Assembly: GCA_946221825.1 (NCBI GenBank)
Contig: CAMINA010000001.1
Span: 1 to 42,992 of the forward strand
Direction: 5' to 3'
DNA from: an uncultured Nesterenkonia sp.
GTDB taxonomy: Bacteria > Actinomycetota > Actinomycetes > Actinomycetales > Micrococcaceae
Length of the DNA: 42,992 bases
How positions within the stretch are numbered: position 1 is the first letter of the stretch; every line of letters begins with the position of its first letter. A program made the translations under genes and the position numbers. Shown one piece after another: positions 8,585-17,978 of this stretch. Below the pieces are notes generated by a model, which saw only the letters and a list, made by a program, of their open reading frames with translations, had not been told where the DNA came from and searched no databases.

Positions 8585-9838
8585 TCAGTTCCTTTCCTTG
8601 GGCGCATGGCCGAGCCGCTTCCGGAGGTCATCCTCGAAATCGGCGAGCTGCTGCCCGAATCGTACAAGGTCTGTGTTCCTGCGGATATGAGTGATGTCGA
8701 AGAGCCGCTGGGTCTCCTGCACGGAGCGTCCGGAGTGCCGGGCCGCGGCCTCTATGATGACCGCCTCCGCGGGGGAGGACCCGAGGCGCAGCGTTCGCGC
8801 CAGCCGCAGCAGGGCCGCGGCGCGCAGCGTACGGGCTGAGGCGTGGACTGCGTCGGCGTTCTGATACATCCGTGCGCGTCCCTCAGCTGCCTCAGAGGCA
8901 GGAACCTCCACCGGCAGAGGCTCGACGATGACCGGGCCGTGCCGCCGCCCGTGGACCAGCATCAGCAGCAGGCCGCAGATCAGCAGCCAGACTGACAGCG
9001 GGATGGCCCACCCGGGCAGCAGCTCCGTGGGGGAGGCCCACTGTCCGTCGCCGACGGAGTCGGCTCCGGACGGGGTGTACCAGACCAGCTCCTCGCGCTG
9101 GCCCAGCATCTGCAGCGCCAGAGCGGCATGGCCCTGAGTCACGATCTCCCGGTTGGTGAAGGCGTCGGGGGCTCCGAAGAGGGTCCCCTGCTCGGTCTCG
9201 ACCAAGGCTGATCCGGCATCAGGGTGCTGAGGGCTCAGCGGGAAGCAGCCGTCTCCTCGGCTGAGACTGGTCCGGAAGACTTCGCCGGTGGACTCAAGGG
9301 ACTCGGCGTTCTGCGCTGCCTCGATCGCGCAGTCCTCTCCGGCCTCCAAGAGCATGGTCTGGCTGCTGGTCGCCTGAGGGTCCTCGCTGATGGGCAGCAC
9401 CTGAGCCTGCTCGTCGCCCAGCTGAGCCAAGAGCATGCCGTCCGGGCTGATCCAGATCACCGGATGCTCCTGGGCATGCGCGGTCAGCTCTTCGACGGTG
9501 TCATCGCTGGGCAGGTGCAGCGAGGACTGCAGCACGACGACGGCGGCCTCCGGAGCCTCCTCCAGATGTGCGGCAGCATCTGCGCCCGAATAGGTGCGAT
9601 GCAGCTCGACCCCCTGATCCTCCAGCGTGCGGGCCAGGGCGGCGTAGCCGTCCAGATCTGTGTTCTCGAGGCCGTAGCGTTCGGTGTCCTCAGTGCTGAT
9701 CAGCTGGACCGCCAGGGTGACGATCGCTCCGAAGACCAGCAGGAGCAGCCAGAACTGCCACCGCTTCAGCGTCTGGACCAGAGCGTCGAGCGTGGTGCGG
9801 ACGGTGCTCGTCTGAGAGGACTGGGCGGCTGCGTTCAT
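8585..9838 (-). CDS. DUF4350-like membrane protein
   Basis: N-terminal TM, GYAALARTL, FTN, second TM then RRHGPVIVEPLPVEVPASE; position before moxR. Confidence 0.75.
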   Translation of the reverse strand: MNAAAQSSQTSTVRTTLDALVQTLKRWQFWLLLLVFGAIVTLAVQLISTEDTERYGLENTDLDGYAALARTLEDQGVELHRTYSGADAAAHLEEAPEAAVVVLQSSLHLPSDDTVEELTAHAQEHPVIWISPDGMLLAQLGDEQAQVLPISEDPQATSSQTMLLEAGEDCAIEAAQNAESLESTGEVFRTSLSRGDGCFPLSPQHPDAGSALVETEQGTLFGAPDAFTNREIVTQGHAALALQMLGQREELVWYTPSGADSVGDGQWASPTELLPGWAIPLSVWLLICGLLLMLVHGRRHGPVIVEPLPVEVPASEAAEGRARMYQNADAVHASARTLRAAALLRLARTLRLGSSPAEAVIIEAAARHSGRSVQETQRLFDITHIRRNTDLVRFGQQLADFEDDLRKRLGHAPKERN

Positions 9839-10494
9839 TCAGGCACCACCAGGCGGGGTGCACGGCGGGATGTGCCGTGGCTGAGGTTGGGCTCGGTCCG
9901 TCGCAGCGTCTCCTCCAGCTGCCGCAGCTGGTCCACGTCCTGGGCGGACAGGGGCCGCCCGCCGTAGTGAGAGAGGTTGAAGAGCTCACCGCAGCCATGC
10001 AGGGCCTCGGCCTGCGCAGGGAAGAGACCCCCGACGGCGCGGGCCGCCTCGGAGGCGGTGCGGCCGGTCTGCTCGGAGAGCAGCTCCCGTTCCTCGGCGG
10101 AACGGACCACGGCGCGGAACAGGTCTCGAAAGGCATCGTCGAATCTCCCGGCTCCCAGATGTGCCCCGGCACGGGACCGCAGATCCTCGGCGCTCAGACC
10201 GGTCTCCGCGTTGAGCAGCTCGTCGGTGACGCCTCCGGCGCGCTGCAGACGGGGGCGCACCAACAGGATGCACAGCAGGATGGCGGCTGCCAGCAGCACC
10301 ACCAGCACCAGCGGTCCGTAGGGGATCTGGACGCCTCCGATGCTCAGCGCACGCTCGCCGAGCCAGGCCAGGACGGCGTCGATCGCATCCCTCAGCGGGC
10401 CGGTGAAGGCCCGCTGGTATTCGGGATCGGAGAGCTCCTCGCGCAGGAGCTCCTGAGCCTCATCGCGAGAGGGGTGCAGAGGAGGCGAGCCCAT
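9835..10494 (-). CDS. DUF4129-like membrane protein
   Basis: EAQELLREELSDPEY, one TM, FRAVVRSAEER, GRTASEAA, FNLSHYGG. Confidence 0.75.
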   Translation of the reverse strand: MGSPPLHPSRDEAQELLREELSDPEYQRAFTGPLRDAIDAVLAWLGERALSIGGVQIPYGPLVLVVLLAAAILLCILLVRPRLQRAGGVTDELLNAETGLSAEDLRSRAGAHLGAGRFDDAFRDLFRAVVRSAEERELLSEQTGRTASEAARAVGGLFPAQAEALHGCGELFNLSHYGGRPLSAQDVDQLRQLEETLRRTEPNLSHGTSRRAPRLVVPE

Positions 10495-10497
10495 CGA

Positions 10498-11805
10498 TCA
10501 CCTCGGGCGACCGAAGTCGTCGTGCCCACCGTTGTGATGTCCGCCGTCGTGACGCCCGTCGGCGTCGTCGTCGGGTCGGCCATAGGGCGGCTGAGCCTGT
10601 GGCGGCTGCCCGTAAGGATTCTGGCCGTAGGGCGGCTGATCCTGCGACGGCTGACCGTACGGAGACTGCCCGTACGGGTTCTGGCCGTACGGGTTCGGGG
10701 CATGCGGGCCCGGCTGGCCTGCGGCAGGCTGCAGCCGGCCCAGGTGTTCGACTGAGGCGGGGATGATCCTGCCGTCGTCGGGCGAGTGCGGAGCTGCGCC
10801 GAGCAGGGCGACGTCGGCGGCCTCCTGGCGGAAGCGGCAGTTCAGGTACATCGTGGCGACGATGCCGCCCCACAGGGCAATCATCAGGGCGGTCATCACG
10901 GAGTCGAGGAGGCTTGAGACCGCGAAGACCACCAGACTCGTGGTGCTTCCCGAGGCCGGATCTTCGGCACCGAACGCGAAGGCCCCGCCGAGGCCCATCA
11001 GCAGCATCGACGGCACCGAGATGATCATGGCCAGAGCGATGAGCATCAGGCCCAGCAGCAGGACAGTGCCCATGTTCGGCCACCACATGCCCCTGTTCAG
11101 GCGGAAGGAACGGCCGATGGCGGCGATGGGGCCTTTGTCCTCGACCATGATGGTCACCGGGGCGTAGAGCAGCGCGGTGGTCACCCACAGCATGGCGAAC
11201 AGCAGCACCGGCAGGGCCAGGAGCCCCACGATCACCCCGAGGGCAGGTGTGTCTGCGGCCACGAACCCGAAGAAGAGCGCCAAGGCCATGATGACGATGA
11301 ACAGGGTGATGATGCCGAGCACGGAGATCACCACATAGTGGACCAGCAGCGGCAGGAACCTGCGCGCCCGCAGGCTCAGAGCCTGGCCGAAGCCGGTGCG
11401 GAAGCCGTAGGCGGCGCGCAGCGTGGGCAGAGCCACCGCGGCTCCTGCGATCAGGATCAGCGCTTGGCCCAGCACGGCTGTCAGCAGGGAGACGATGATG
11501 AACTCGCCGGCTGCGAAGGTGTCCATCACCAGCTCCGGATCCTCCATAGCCATGGGATCCAAGAACATCCGGGTCATGCCGTCGCCGCCGGGGACGAGGA
11601 GGATGAGGAGGCCGAGGAGATAGCTCAGCAGTGCAGCGGCCAGCGGAATGCCCAGCATCGTCTTGGGGGAGTGCCGAAGCATACGGAAGCCGGCCCCGAA
11701 GACGTCATTGAGCTGCATCCGCCGGATCGGATAGACCGAACCCGGAGATGCCGGAGCGGCTCCCGGGTGCCCGCCGGGGTAGAGCGGCTGACCCGCTGCT
11801 GACAT
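10498..11805 (-). CDS. Multi-pass membrane protein heading the MoxR operon, with Q/P/Y/G-rich tail
   Basis: GGAGG RBS; YPIRRMQLNDVFGAGF, multiple hydrophobic helices, AIGRSFRL, YLNCRFRQE. Confidence 0.8.
   Translation of the reverse strand: MSAAGQPLYPGGHPGAAPASPGSVYPIRRMQLNDVFGAGFRMLRHSPKTMLGIPLAAALLSYLLGLLILLVPGGDGMTRMFLDPMAMEDPELVMDTFAAGEFIIVSLLTAVLGQALILIAGAAVALPTLRAAYGFRTGFGQALSLRARRFLPLLVHYVVISVLGIITLFIVIMALALFFGFVAADTPALGVIVGLLALPVLLFAMLWVTTALLYAPVTIMVEDKGPIAAIGRSFRLNRGMWWPNMGTVLLLGLMLIALAMIISVPSMLLMGLGGAFAFGAEDPASGSTTSLVVFAVSSLLDSVMTALMIALWGGIVATMYLNCRFRQEAADVALLGAAPHSPDDGRIIPASVEHLGRLQPAAGQPGPHAPNPYGQNPYGQSPYGQPSQDQPPYGQNPYGQPPQAQPPYGRPDDDADGRHDGGHHNGGHDDFGRPR
10580..10695 (-). repeat. 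Degenerate 15-bp coding repeats (QNPYG/QPPYG)
   Basis: NPYGQNPYGQSPYGQPSQDQPPYGQNPYGQPPQAQPPYG in translation. Confidence 0.8.
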
Positions 11806-11904
11806 AGGGCCTCCAATGCTGTTGCCGTGCGCCCGTACCGTGCAACTCTACAACTCTCATATATTCTGTGGAGGGCCCGCACCCGTGGAGGAACAGGAGA
11901 GTTG

Positions 11905-12597
11905 ATGAAAGCCCAGATTCTGGTCGTCGACGACGATGAGGCCCTCTCCGAGATGATCGGCATCGTCCTGCGCAACGATGGGTTCGAACCGACGTTCTGC
12001 GCAACCGGCGACGCCGCTCTGGAAGCTTTCCGCTCGGCCAAGCCGGATGTGGTCCTGCTCGATCTGATGCTGCCTGGCAAGGACGGGATCGAAGTCTGTC
12101 GGGAGATCCGCGACGAGGCGGACACTCCTATCATCATGCTCACCGCCAAATCGGACACCGCCGACGTAGTCCGTGGGCTGGAGGCCGGTGCCGACGACTA
12201 TGTGCCCAAGCCCTTCAAGCCTGCTGAGCTGGTGGCTCGTGTGCGTGCCCGCCTGCGCCCCTCCGAGGGCACTGCAGGCCGCCCGGAGAACGAGAAGCTG
12301 CAGATCGGTGATCTGACCATCGATGTGTCCGGACATGAGGTCCGCCGCGGGGAGACCAAGATTCCCCTGACCCCGCTGGAGTTCGACCTGCTCACCGCGC
12401 TGGCCAAGAAGCCCTGGCAGGTCTGGAACCGCGAGATGCTCCTCGAAGAGGTGTGGGGATACCGGCATCAGGCCGATACCCGCTTGGTCAACGTCCATGT
12501 CCAGCGCCTGCGTTCCAAGGTGGAGAAGGATCCGGAGAACCCGGAGATCGTCCAGACCGTCCGCGGCGTCGGCTATAAGGCCGGAGGGCAGGGCTAG
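11905..12597 (+). CDS. mtrA: Response regulator MtrA
   Basis: AGGAG RBS; ILVVDDD, LLDLMLPG, MLTAKSDT, DTRLVNVHVQRLRSKVEKDPENPEIVQTVRGVGY; upstream of mtrB-lpqB. Confidence 0.95.
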   Translation: MKAQILVVDDDEALSEMIGIVLRNDGFEPTFCATGDAALEAFRSAKPDVVLLDLMLPGKDGIEVCREIRDEADTPIIMLTAKSDTADVVRGLEAGADDYVPKPFKPAELVARVRARLRPSEGTAGRPENEKLQIGDLTIDVSGHEVRRGETKIPLTPLEFDLLTALAKKPWQVWNREMLLEEVWGYRHQADTRLVNVHVQRLRSKVEKDPENPEIVQTVRGVGYKAGGQG

Positions 12598-12641
12598 TCA
12601 TCTCTGAGACAGAACGCGACGGCGCCGCCAGCTCTGGTGCG

Positions 12642-14444
12642 GTGGCCACCACCACGGGGACCATCCCCGCGGTGCGGGCGCCCCTGCTGGGCACAGAAGA
12701 GCTCAGCAGTCAGGCCCGCCGTGAGCCCGACGCCGGCGAGGAAGGCGGTCCCGGACCAGGGCCGGTCGTCCGAGCGGCCCGGTGGCTGCGCCGGATCCCA
12801 CGGGTCTGGTCACGCTCCCTGCTCTTCCGCGCAGTGGCCTTCACCGGTGTGCTCACCACGGTGGGGACTCTTCTGGTGGCGGCCTTCCTGACTCAGCAGA
12901 TCACCACGGGTCTCTTCCAGGAGCGGTTCGACCAGGTCGAGATCGAGGCGACCCAGGACCTCGACTACATCCGCAACGCCTTCTCCGGGGCCTCCACCAC
13001 TGATCGCACCAGCACCGAGACGCTGGTCCGGGACACGATGGAGGGCATGGAAGGCTCAGTGGCCCAGGTTCAGCGAGACTTCGTGTTCACCCCGCTGACC
13101 GAGGAGGAGAACCTCTACGCCAACCCGCGCACCTCCCTGGACAACCCGGACGAGGTGATCTCCCAGGAGCTGGTGGACACAGTGGCCGACGGGTCCGGGC
13201 AGTACTGGCAGTCGGTGGGCATCGAACGGGAGGACGGCCATGTCGTCCCGGGCGTGGCCTTCGGCACTCAGGTCCAGCTGCCTCCCGGCCACGCCTATGC
13301 GGTCTACTTCGTCTATGACTTCTCCCCGGTGCAGGAGACGCTGAACTTCGTCCTACGGATCCTCTTCCTCGCCGCTGTGGCAGTGCTGCTGCTGAACATG
13401 GCCATCGCAGCCTGGGTGACGCGTTCGGTGGTCGCACCGATCTCTCAGGCCGCCGAAGTCTCCGAACGCATCGCCTCCGGGCAGCTGGACCAGCGTCTGG
13501 TGGTCCGAGGTGAGGATGAGATCGCCCGTCTGGGCATCTCCTTCAACCGGATGGCCTCCAACCTGCAGGATCAGATCACTCAGCTGGCCAACCTGTCGAA
13601 GATGCAGCAGCGGTTCGTCTCCGACGTCTCCCATGAGCTGCGCACCCCGCTGACCACAGTGCGCATGGCCTCGACGATGCTGCATGAGGCCCGTGACGAC
13701 TTCGACCCGGTCAACCAGCGGACTGCCGAGCTGCTGCATCACCAGGTGGAGCGCTTCGAAGCTCTGTTGGCCGACCTGCTGGAGATGTCCCGGTTCGACG
13801 CCGGTGCGGCCGAACTGTCCTTGGCTCAGGTGGATGTGCGCGGTCTGGCCGAAGAGGTGCTGCGCACCGCCCAGCCGCTGGCCGAGTCCAATGACGTGAC
13901 CCTCTCCCTGGTGGTCCAGGGGGACGGGTTCGTCGCCGAGATCGACCCGCGCCGCATCGATCGGATCCTGCGGAACCTGGTCAACAACGCCATCGAACAC
14001 GCCGAGGGCCGCCCGGTGGACCTGGTCATCGCTTCCAGCCCCACCGCCGTCGGAGTGGGTGTGCGCGACCATGGCATCGGCATGTCTCCGCATGAGGTCG
14101 CCCATGTCTTCGACCGCTTCTGGCGCGCGGATCCGGCGCGGGCCCGCACCACCGGCGGATCCGGCCTCGGCCTGGCCATCGCCACAGAGGACACCCGGCT
14201 GCATCAGGGCTCCCTGGACGCCTGGGGACAGAAAGGGCAGGGCGCCTGCTTCCGCCTGGTGCTGCCGCGCCGGCAGGACGCCCCCTACCGGGCGGCACCG
14301 CTGGCGCTGCCGCCCACCTACAGCGCCGAAGACCGTATGGTCATCTCCTCTCCGCTGCCCCCGCAGAGGATCGCAGAGCGGGAAGACAGTCATGACAGGA
14401 TCAGCGAGCAGTCGCTCTACCAGCCGAAGGAGGGTGAGGAATGA
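12642..14444 (+). CDS. mtrB: Sensor histidine kinase MtrB
   Basis: Two TMs, HAMP, QRFVSDVSHELRTPLTT, NAIEH, DHGIG, FWRADPARARTTGGSGLGLAI. Confidence 0.93.
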   Translation: MATTTGTIPAVRAPLLGTEELSSQARREPDAGEEGGPGPGPVVRAARWLRRIPRVWSRSLLFRAVAFTGVLTTVGTLLVAAFLTQQITTGLFQERFDQVEIEATQDLDYIRNAFSGASTTDRTSTETLVRDTMEGMEGSVAQVQRDFVFTPLTEEENLYANPRTSLDNPDEVISQELVDTVADGSGQYWQSVGIEREDGHVVPGVAFGTQVQLPPGHAYAVYFVYDFSPVQETLNFVLRILFLAAVAVLLLNMAIAAWVTRSVVAPISQAAEVSERIASGQLDQRLVVRGEDEIARLGISFNRMASNLQDQITQLANLSKMQQRFVSDVSHELRTPLTTVRMASTMLHEARDDFDPVNQRTAELLHHQVERFEALLADLLEMSRFDAGAAELSLAQVDVRGLAEEVLRTAQPLAESNDVTLSLVVQGDGFVAEIDPRRIDRILRNLVNNAIEHAEGRPVDLVIASSPTAVGVGVRDHGIGMSPHEVAHVFDRFWRADPARARTTGGSGLGLAIATEDTRLHQGSLDAWGQKGQGACFRLVLPRRQDAPYRAAPLALPPTYSAEDRMVISSPLPPQRIAEREDSHDRISEQSLYQPKEGEE

Positions 14445-16192
14445 GCCGCAGCACCCCCGAGGCGCGCAGGTGTGCCTCCCGCCGTGCCCTGCTGGGCGTG
14501 GGCACCGCTGCTGCGCTGATGATCAGTGGCTGCGCCCCGATGATCCCCACCGACGGCCCGGTGGGCACCTCGGACCCCGACACCGGCGACGGCAGCTCCT
14601 ACCTGCTGGAGGCCCAGGGGCCGGTCCCGGGCAGCGACCCGGGCCAGCTCATCGATGACTTCCTCCAGGCCGGCGTCGGACCTCAGGATGACTATGCCGT
14701 GGGACGTGAGTACCTGACTCCGGCGGCGGCCCGGGAATGGTCGCCCGGGGAGCGGACCGTGGTCTATTCCTCCACCCCTGAGATTCTGCCCGAGGGTGAG
14801 GATTCCTACTCGGTGCAGTTCCCGGTGGAATCGGTGATCGACGCCGACGGCATCCGCACCATGGTCCCGCCCAACACCTCTGAAGCGGTGGATTTCACCG
14901 TGGAGCAGTATGAGGGGGAGTGGAGGATCTCGGATGCGCCGGAGGGCAAGTTCCTGGCGGTCCCGGAGTTCCAGCAGGTCTACCAGCCCCATACGCTCTA
15001 CTTCTACAACTCCGCCCAGACCTACGCGGTCCCGGACGAGCGGTGGTTCGTCAACATGCCCGGGCGTATACCCGCCGCCATCGTCGAAGCCCTGCTGGAC
15101 GGTCCCGCTCCTTATCTGGAGCCCGCGGTGACCTCTGCCTTCCCGGAGGGGACGGAGCTGCAGCTCTCCTCGGTCCCGGTGGAGGGGCGGACCGCCGTCG
15201 TGGACTTCACCTCCGGGCCGATCAGCAGCGCCTCCGCGGAGGAGCAGCAGCTCATGGAGCATCAGCTCTCGCTGGCCCTGGGCGGGCTCAACAGCGTCAA
15301 CGATGTACAGATCACGGTGGACCACCGGGAGCTGGAGGAGCCGGAGGAGGGGCTCGAGGAGCTCGGGATCACCGCCGGCGACGACGTCGAGGTACGGGAC
15401 ACGCTGATCGGTCTGCGCGGAGATGAGCTGATCCGTGCCCAGGGCGCCAGCGATATGACCGTCCCGGATCTGCCGGACCTCTCGGAGATCGAGCCGCGCG
15501 AGCCGGCAGTGGCCGACGCAGATCCGGACTCCATGGCGGTGCTCGACGGCGACGCCGAGCAGCTCTACCACATCAGACCCGGCCGCGAGCCGGACCATGT
15601 GCTCTCGGGGGAGGAGCTCACACGGCCCTCGATGGACAACTACGGGTGGACCTGGGTCGCGGACAACACCGACGACGGCGCCACCATCCACGCCGAGGCC
15701 TATGACGAGTCGCTGGATCCGCTCAGCGCGGAGATCAGTGCCGACTGGCTGGAAGGCCGCTCCATCACCTCGCTGCGGATCGCCCAGGACGGAGCGCGGG
15801 CGGCCATGGTGGTGCAGGACGGGGGAGAGAGCACCCTCTACGTGGCCGGTGTCATCCGAGATTCGGCGGGCACCCCGCAGGGACTGGGGCAGCCGATGCG
15901 CATGGAGACCCTCGACGAGATCGACGAGGTCCGCTGGGGCGATGATGCGCTGGTGGTCTGGGGCACCTATGACGAGGATGCTGAGGAGGCCGCAGCCATG
16001 CAGATCGAGCTGGTGCGCTTCTCCGGCACCCGCGAGGAGCTCCACGGCCCCATCCTGGGTCTGGAGAACGTGGCCGCGGGCGAGGGTCAGAGTCAGGTCT
16101 GGGCCGAGGCTCAGGGCGCTCAGCAGCTTCCCATCGGAGAACAGTGGCAGATCCAGGCGCTGGAATCCACCGACCTGGCCTATCCGGGCTGA
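14441..16192 (+). CDS. lpqB: Lipoprotein LpqB
   Basis: Lipobox ISGC, IPTDGPV, GerMN-like ALLDGPAPYL...SAFPEGT, C-terminal propeller-like region ending AYPG; ATGA overlap with mtrB. Confidence 0.88.
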   Translation: MSRSTPEARRCASRRALLGVGTAAALMISGCAPMIPTDGPVGTSDPDTGDGSSYLLEAQGPVPGSDPGQLIDDFLQAGVGPQDDYAVGREYLTPAAAREWSPGERTVVYSSTPEILPEGEDSYSVQFPVESVIDADGIRTMVPPNTSEAVDFTVEQYEGEWRISDAPEGKFLAVPEFQQVYQPHTLYFYNSAQTYAVPDERWFVNMPGRIPAAIVEALLDGPAPYLEPAVTSAFPEGTELQLSSVPVEGRTAVVDFTSGPISSASAEEQQLMEHQLSLALGGLNSVNDVQITVDHRELEEPEEGLEELGITAGDDVEVRDTLIGLRGDELIRAQGASDMTVPDLPDLSEIEPREPAVADADPDSMAVLDGDAEQLYHIRPGREPDHVLSGEELTRPSMDNYGWTWVADNTDDGATIHAEAYDESLDPLSAEISADWLEGRSITSLRIAQDGARAAMVVQDGGESTLYVAGVIRDSAGTPQGLGQPMRMETLDEIDEVRWGDDALVVWGTYDEDAEEAAAMQIELVRFSGTREELHGPILGLENVAAGEGQSQVWAEAQGAQQLPIGEQWQIQALESTDLAYPG

Positions 16193-16216
16193 GCCGCCTG
16201 GAAGGGTCCGGTTCCG

Positions 16217-17062
16217 ATGGTGCGTGGATCGTCGTGGCGCGACCATCTGGACCGTGCCTGGTTCTCCCGGCCCGGTGTGCGGGCCCGTGAGGCCGCAGCT
16301 GCTGCCGCTGGGCTGCTCACCCCGTCATGGTGCGTGGGCTGCGGAGCCGAGGAGACGGATCTCTGCGAGGAATGTGCCTATGACGTTCGGCTGCTGACCC
16401 GGGACCCCTACCGGGCCGAGGGCGCGGCCCCGGCGCTGCCGGTGGTGGGGCAGACGGAGGAGCAGCTGCACGTCCTGCCGGTCATCGCCGCTGGGACCTA
16501 CGGGACGCTGCTCTCCCGCGTGATGATCGGGTTCAAGGACCACGAGCGGCTGCCCCTGGACCGCGTGCTGGCGCCTGCGCTGGGCCGAGCGCTGGAGGCG
16601 GCCCTGAGCCAGCTGTGCACAGAGCGGCCCCTGATCCTGATCCCGCCCACGTCGCTGAAGTCCCGCATGCGCCGCAGCCATGACCCGGTGCCTCACCTGG
16701 TGGGTCGGCTGGAGAGCGGAGCTGTGCTGCAGGGAGCGCAGCCGGCCGACGGGTTGCTGGCACAGCACCCTCATGCGGCCGCCGTCGGGATGCTGCCCGG
16801 AGGCGGCCGGCAGAAGGGGCGCGGACTCGATGATCGGCGTCGGTGGCTCACCGGTTCCTTCCACGTGACCGAGCGGGGTCGAGCCGAGCTGGCCGGACGT
16901 CAGGTCCTTCTGGTCGATGACGTCCTGACCACCGGGGCCACGATCCATGCCCTCTACGAGGTGCTCACCGAGGCTGGAGCCGAGGTCCGCGGCGCGGCTG
17001 TGATGGCGGCGGCAGAAGTTCGTCGAGGTGGTGACGCTGCGGAAGGTTCTGGCTTAGAGTGA
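16217..17062 (+). CDS. ComF-family phosphoribosyltransferase-like protein
   Basis: CVGC...LCEEC, FKDH, LLVDDVLTTGAT; between lpqB and hpf. Confidence 0.85.
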   Translation: MVRGSSWRDHLDRAWFSRPGVRAREAAAAAAGLLTPSWCVGCGAEETDLCEECAYDVRLLTRDPYRAEGAAPALPVVGQTEEQLHVLPVIAAGTYGTLLSRVMIGFKDHERLPLDRVLAPALGRALEAALSQLCTERPLILIPPTSLKSRMRRSHDPVPHLVGRLESGAVLQGAQPADGLLAQHPHAAAVGMLPGGGRQKGRGLDDRRRWLTGSFHVTERGRAELAGRQVLLVDDVLTTGATIHALYEVLTEAGAEVRGAAVMAAAEVRRGGDAAEGSGLE

Positions 17063-17132
17063 GGTATGGGTCTTCATCTGGAGGTCCCATGGTTGCCAAC
17101 ACGGTTGATAGTGACCGATACGAGGAGGAACC

Positions 17133-17864
17133 ATGTCCATGCAGGTCAGCTACACCGGCCGGAACATCACGATCCCTGCGGCTTTCAAAGAGCACGTCGA
17201 GGACAAGGTCGACAAGATCGATCAGCTCGCCGACAAGGGGCACCGGCTCGAGGTGAAGGTCACCGGGGAGAACTCCCACCGCCGCGCAGACACAGCACTC
17301 ACTGTTGAGCTCACTGTGATCGGACGCGGCAAGGTCATCCGCTCTGAGGCTCAGGCGGAGGAGAAGTTCGCCGCCTTCGAGGTGGCGATGAACAAGCTGA
17401 CCGAACGGTTACGCCGAGCGCGTGACAAGAAGAAGTCGCAGGCCCATTCCTCGCGGAACGGAACCCCCGACGTCGCCCACGCCATGGCCGGCCTGGAGCC
17501 GGTGGCCACGGACCGTCCGCTCTATGAGCAGGTGCTCGACGCGGCCCAGGCCCATGACGAGCCGCCGGCCGGCTGGGAGGGGGAGGACGAGGACGTCGTC
17601 CCGATCCGTATCCGCCGGAAGGTCTTCCCCGCCGAACCGATGAGCGTCGACGCTGCGGTGGATGCCATGGAGCTGGTCGGACACGACTTCTACCTGTACC
17701 TGGATTCGGAGACCGGGCTGCCCTCTGCGGTGTACCGCCGCCGCGGTTGGACCTACGGCGTGATCTCCCTGGACGGAGAGAAGGAGGCGTCGGCTCCGGT
17801 GACCGAGGAGCGCGACTATCGCTCGGAGAACGGAGTCTCGGCGGGCTCGCTGCACGCCGCATGA
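17133..17864 (+). CDS. hpf: Ribosome hibernation promoting factor (long HPF)
   Basis: GAGGAGG RBS; TGRN, VELTV, LRRARDK, C-terminal PMSVDAAVDAMELVGHDFYLY...VYRRRGWTYGVI. Confidence 0.92.
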   Translation: MSMQVSYTGRNITIPAAFKEHVEDKVDKIDQLADKGHRLEVKVTGENSHRRADTALTVELTVIGRGKVIRSEAQAEEKFAAFEVAMNKLTERLRRARDKKKSQAHSSRNGTPDVAHAMAGLEPVATDRPLYEQVLDAAQAHDEPPAGWEGEDEDVVPIRIRRKVFPAEPMSVDAAVDAMELVGHDFYLYLDSETGLPSAVYRRRGWTYGVISLDGEKEASAPVTEERDYRSENGVSAGSLHAA

Positions 17865-17889
17865 TCCGGCTTCCCCCGCACTGACCGTC

Positions 17890-17928
17890 TCGGGCTGGGA
17901 AGGAGTGTTTAGCTCCTTCTCAGCCCGA
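17890..17928 (+). terminator. Hairpin after hpf, likely terminator
   Basis: tcgggctgggaaggag pairs with ctccttctcagcccga (one G-U); no U-tract; TAGACT -10-like hexamer follows at 17933-17938. Confidence 0.6.
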
Positions 17929-17978
17929 AGCGTAGACTGACGACGACGTACTGATGAACCTCTGATGGAGAACAGGCT

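Noticed and set aside
14417..16246. 609-aa antisense ORF over lpqB, and similar long ORFs opposite mnmA, mtrB, secA and ectD
   Set aside because: Same codon-bias shadow effect; recognised genes occupy the other strand
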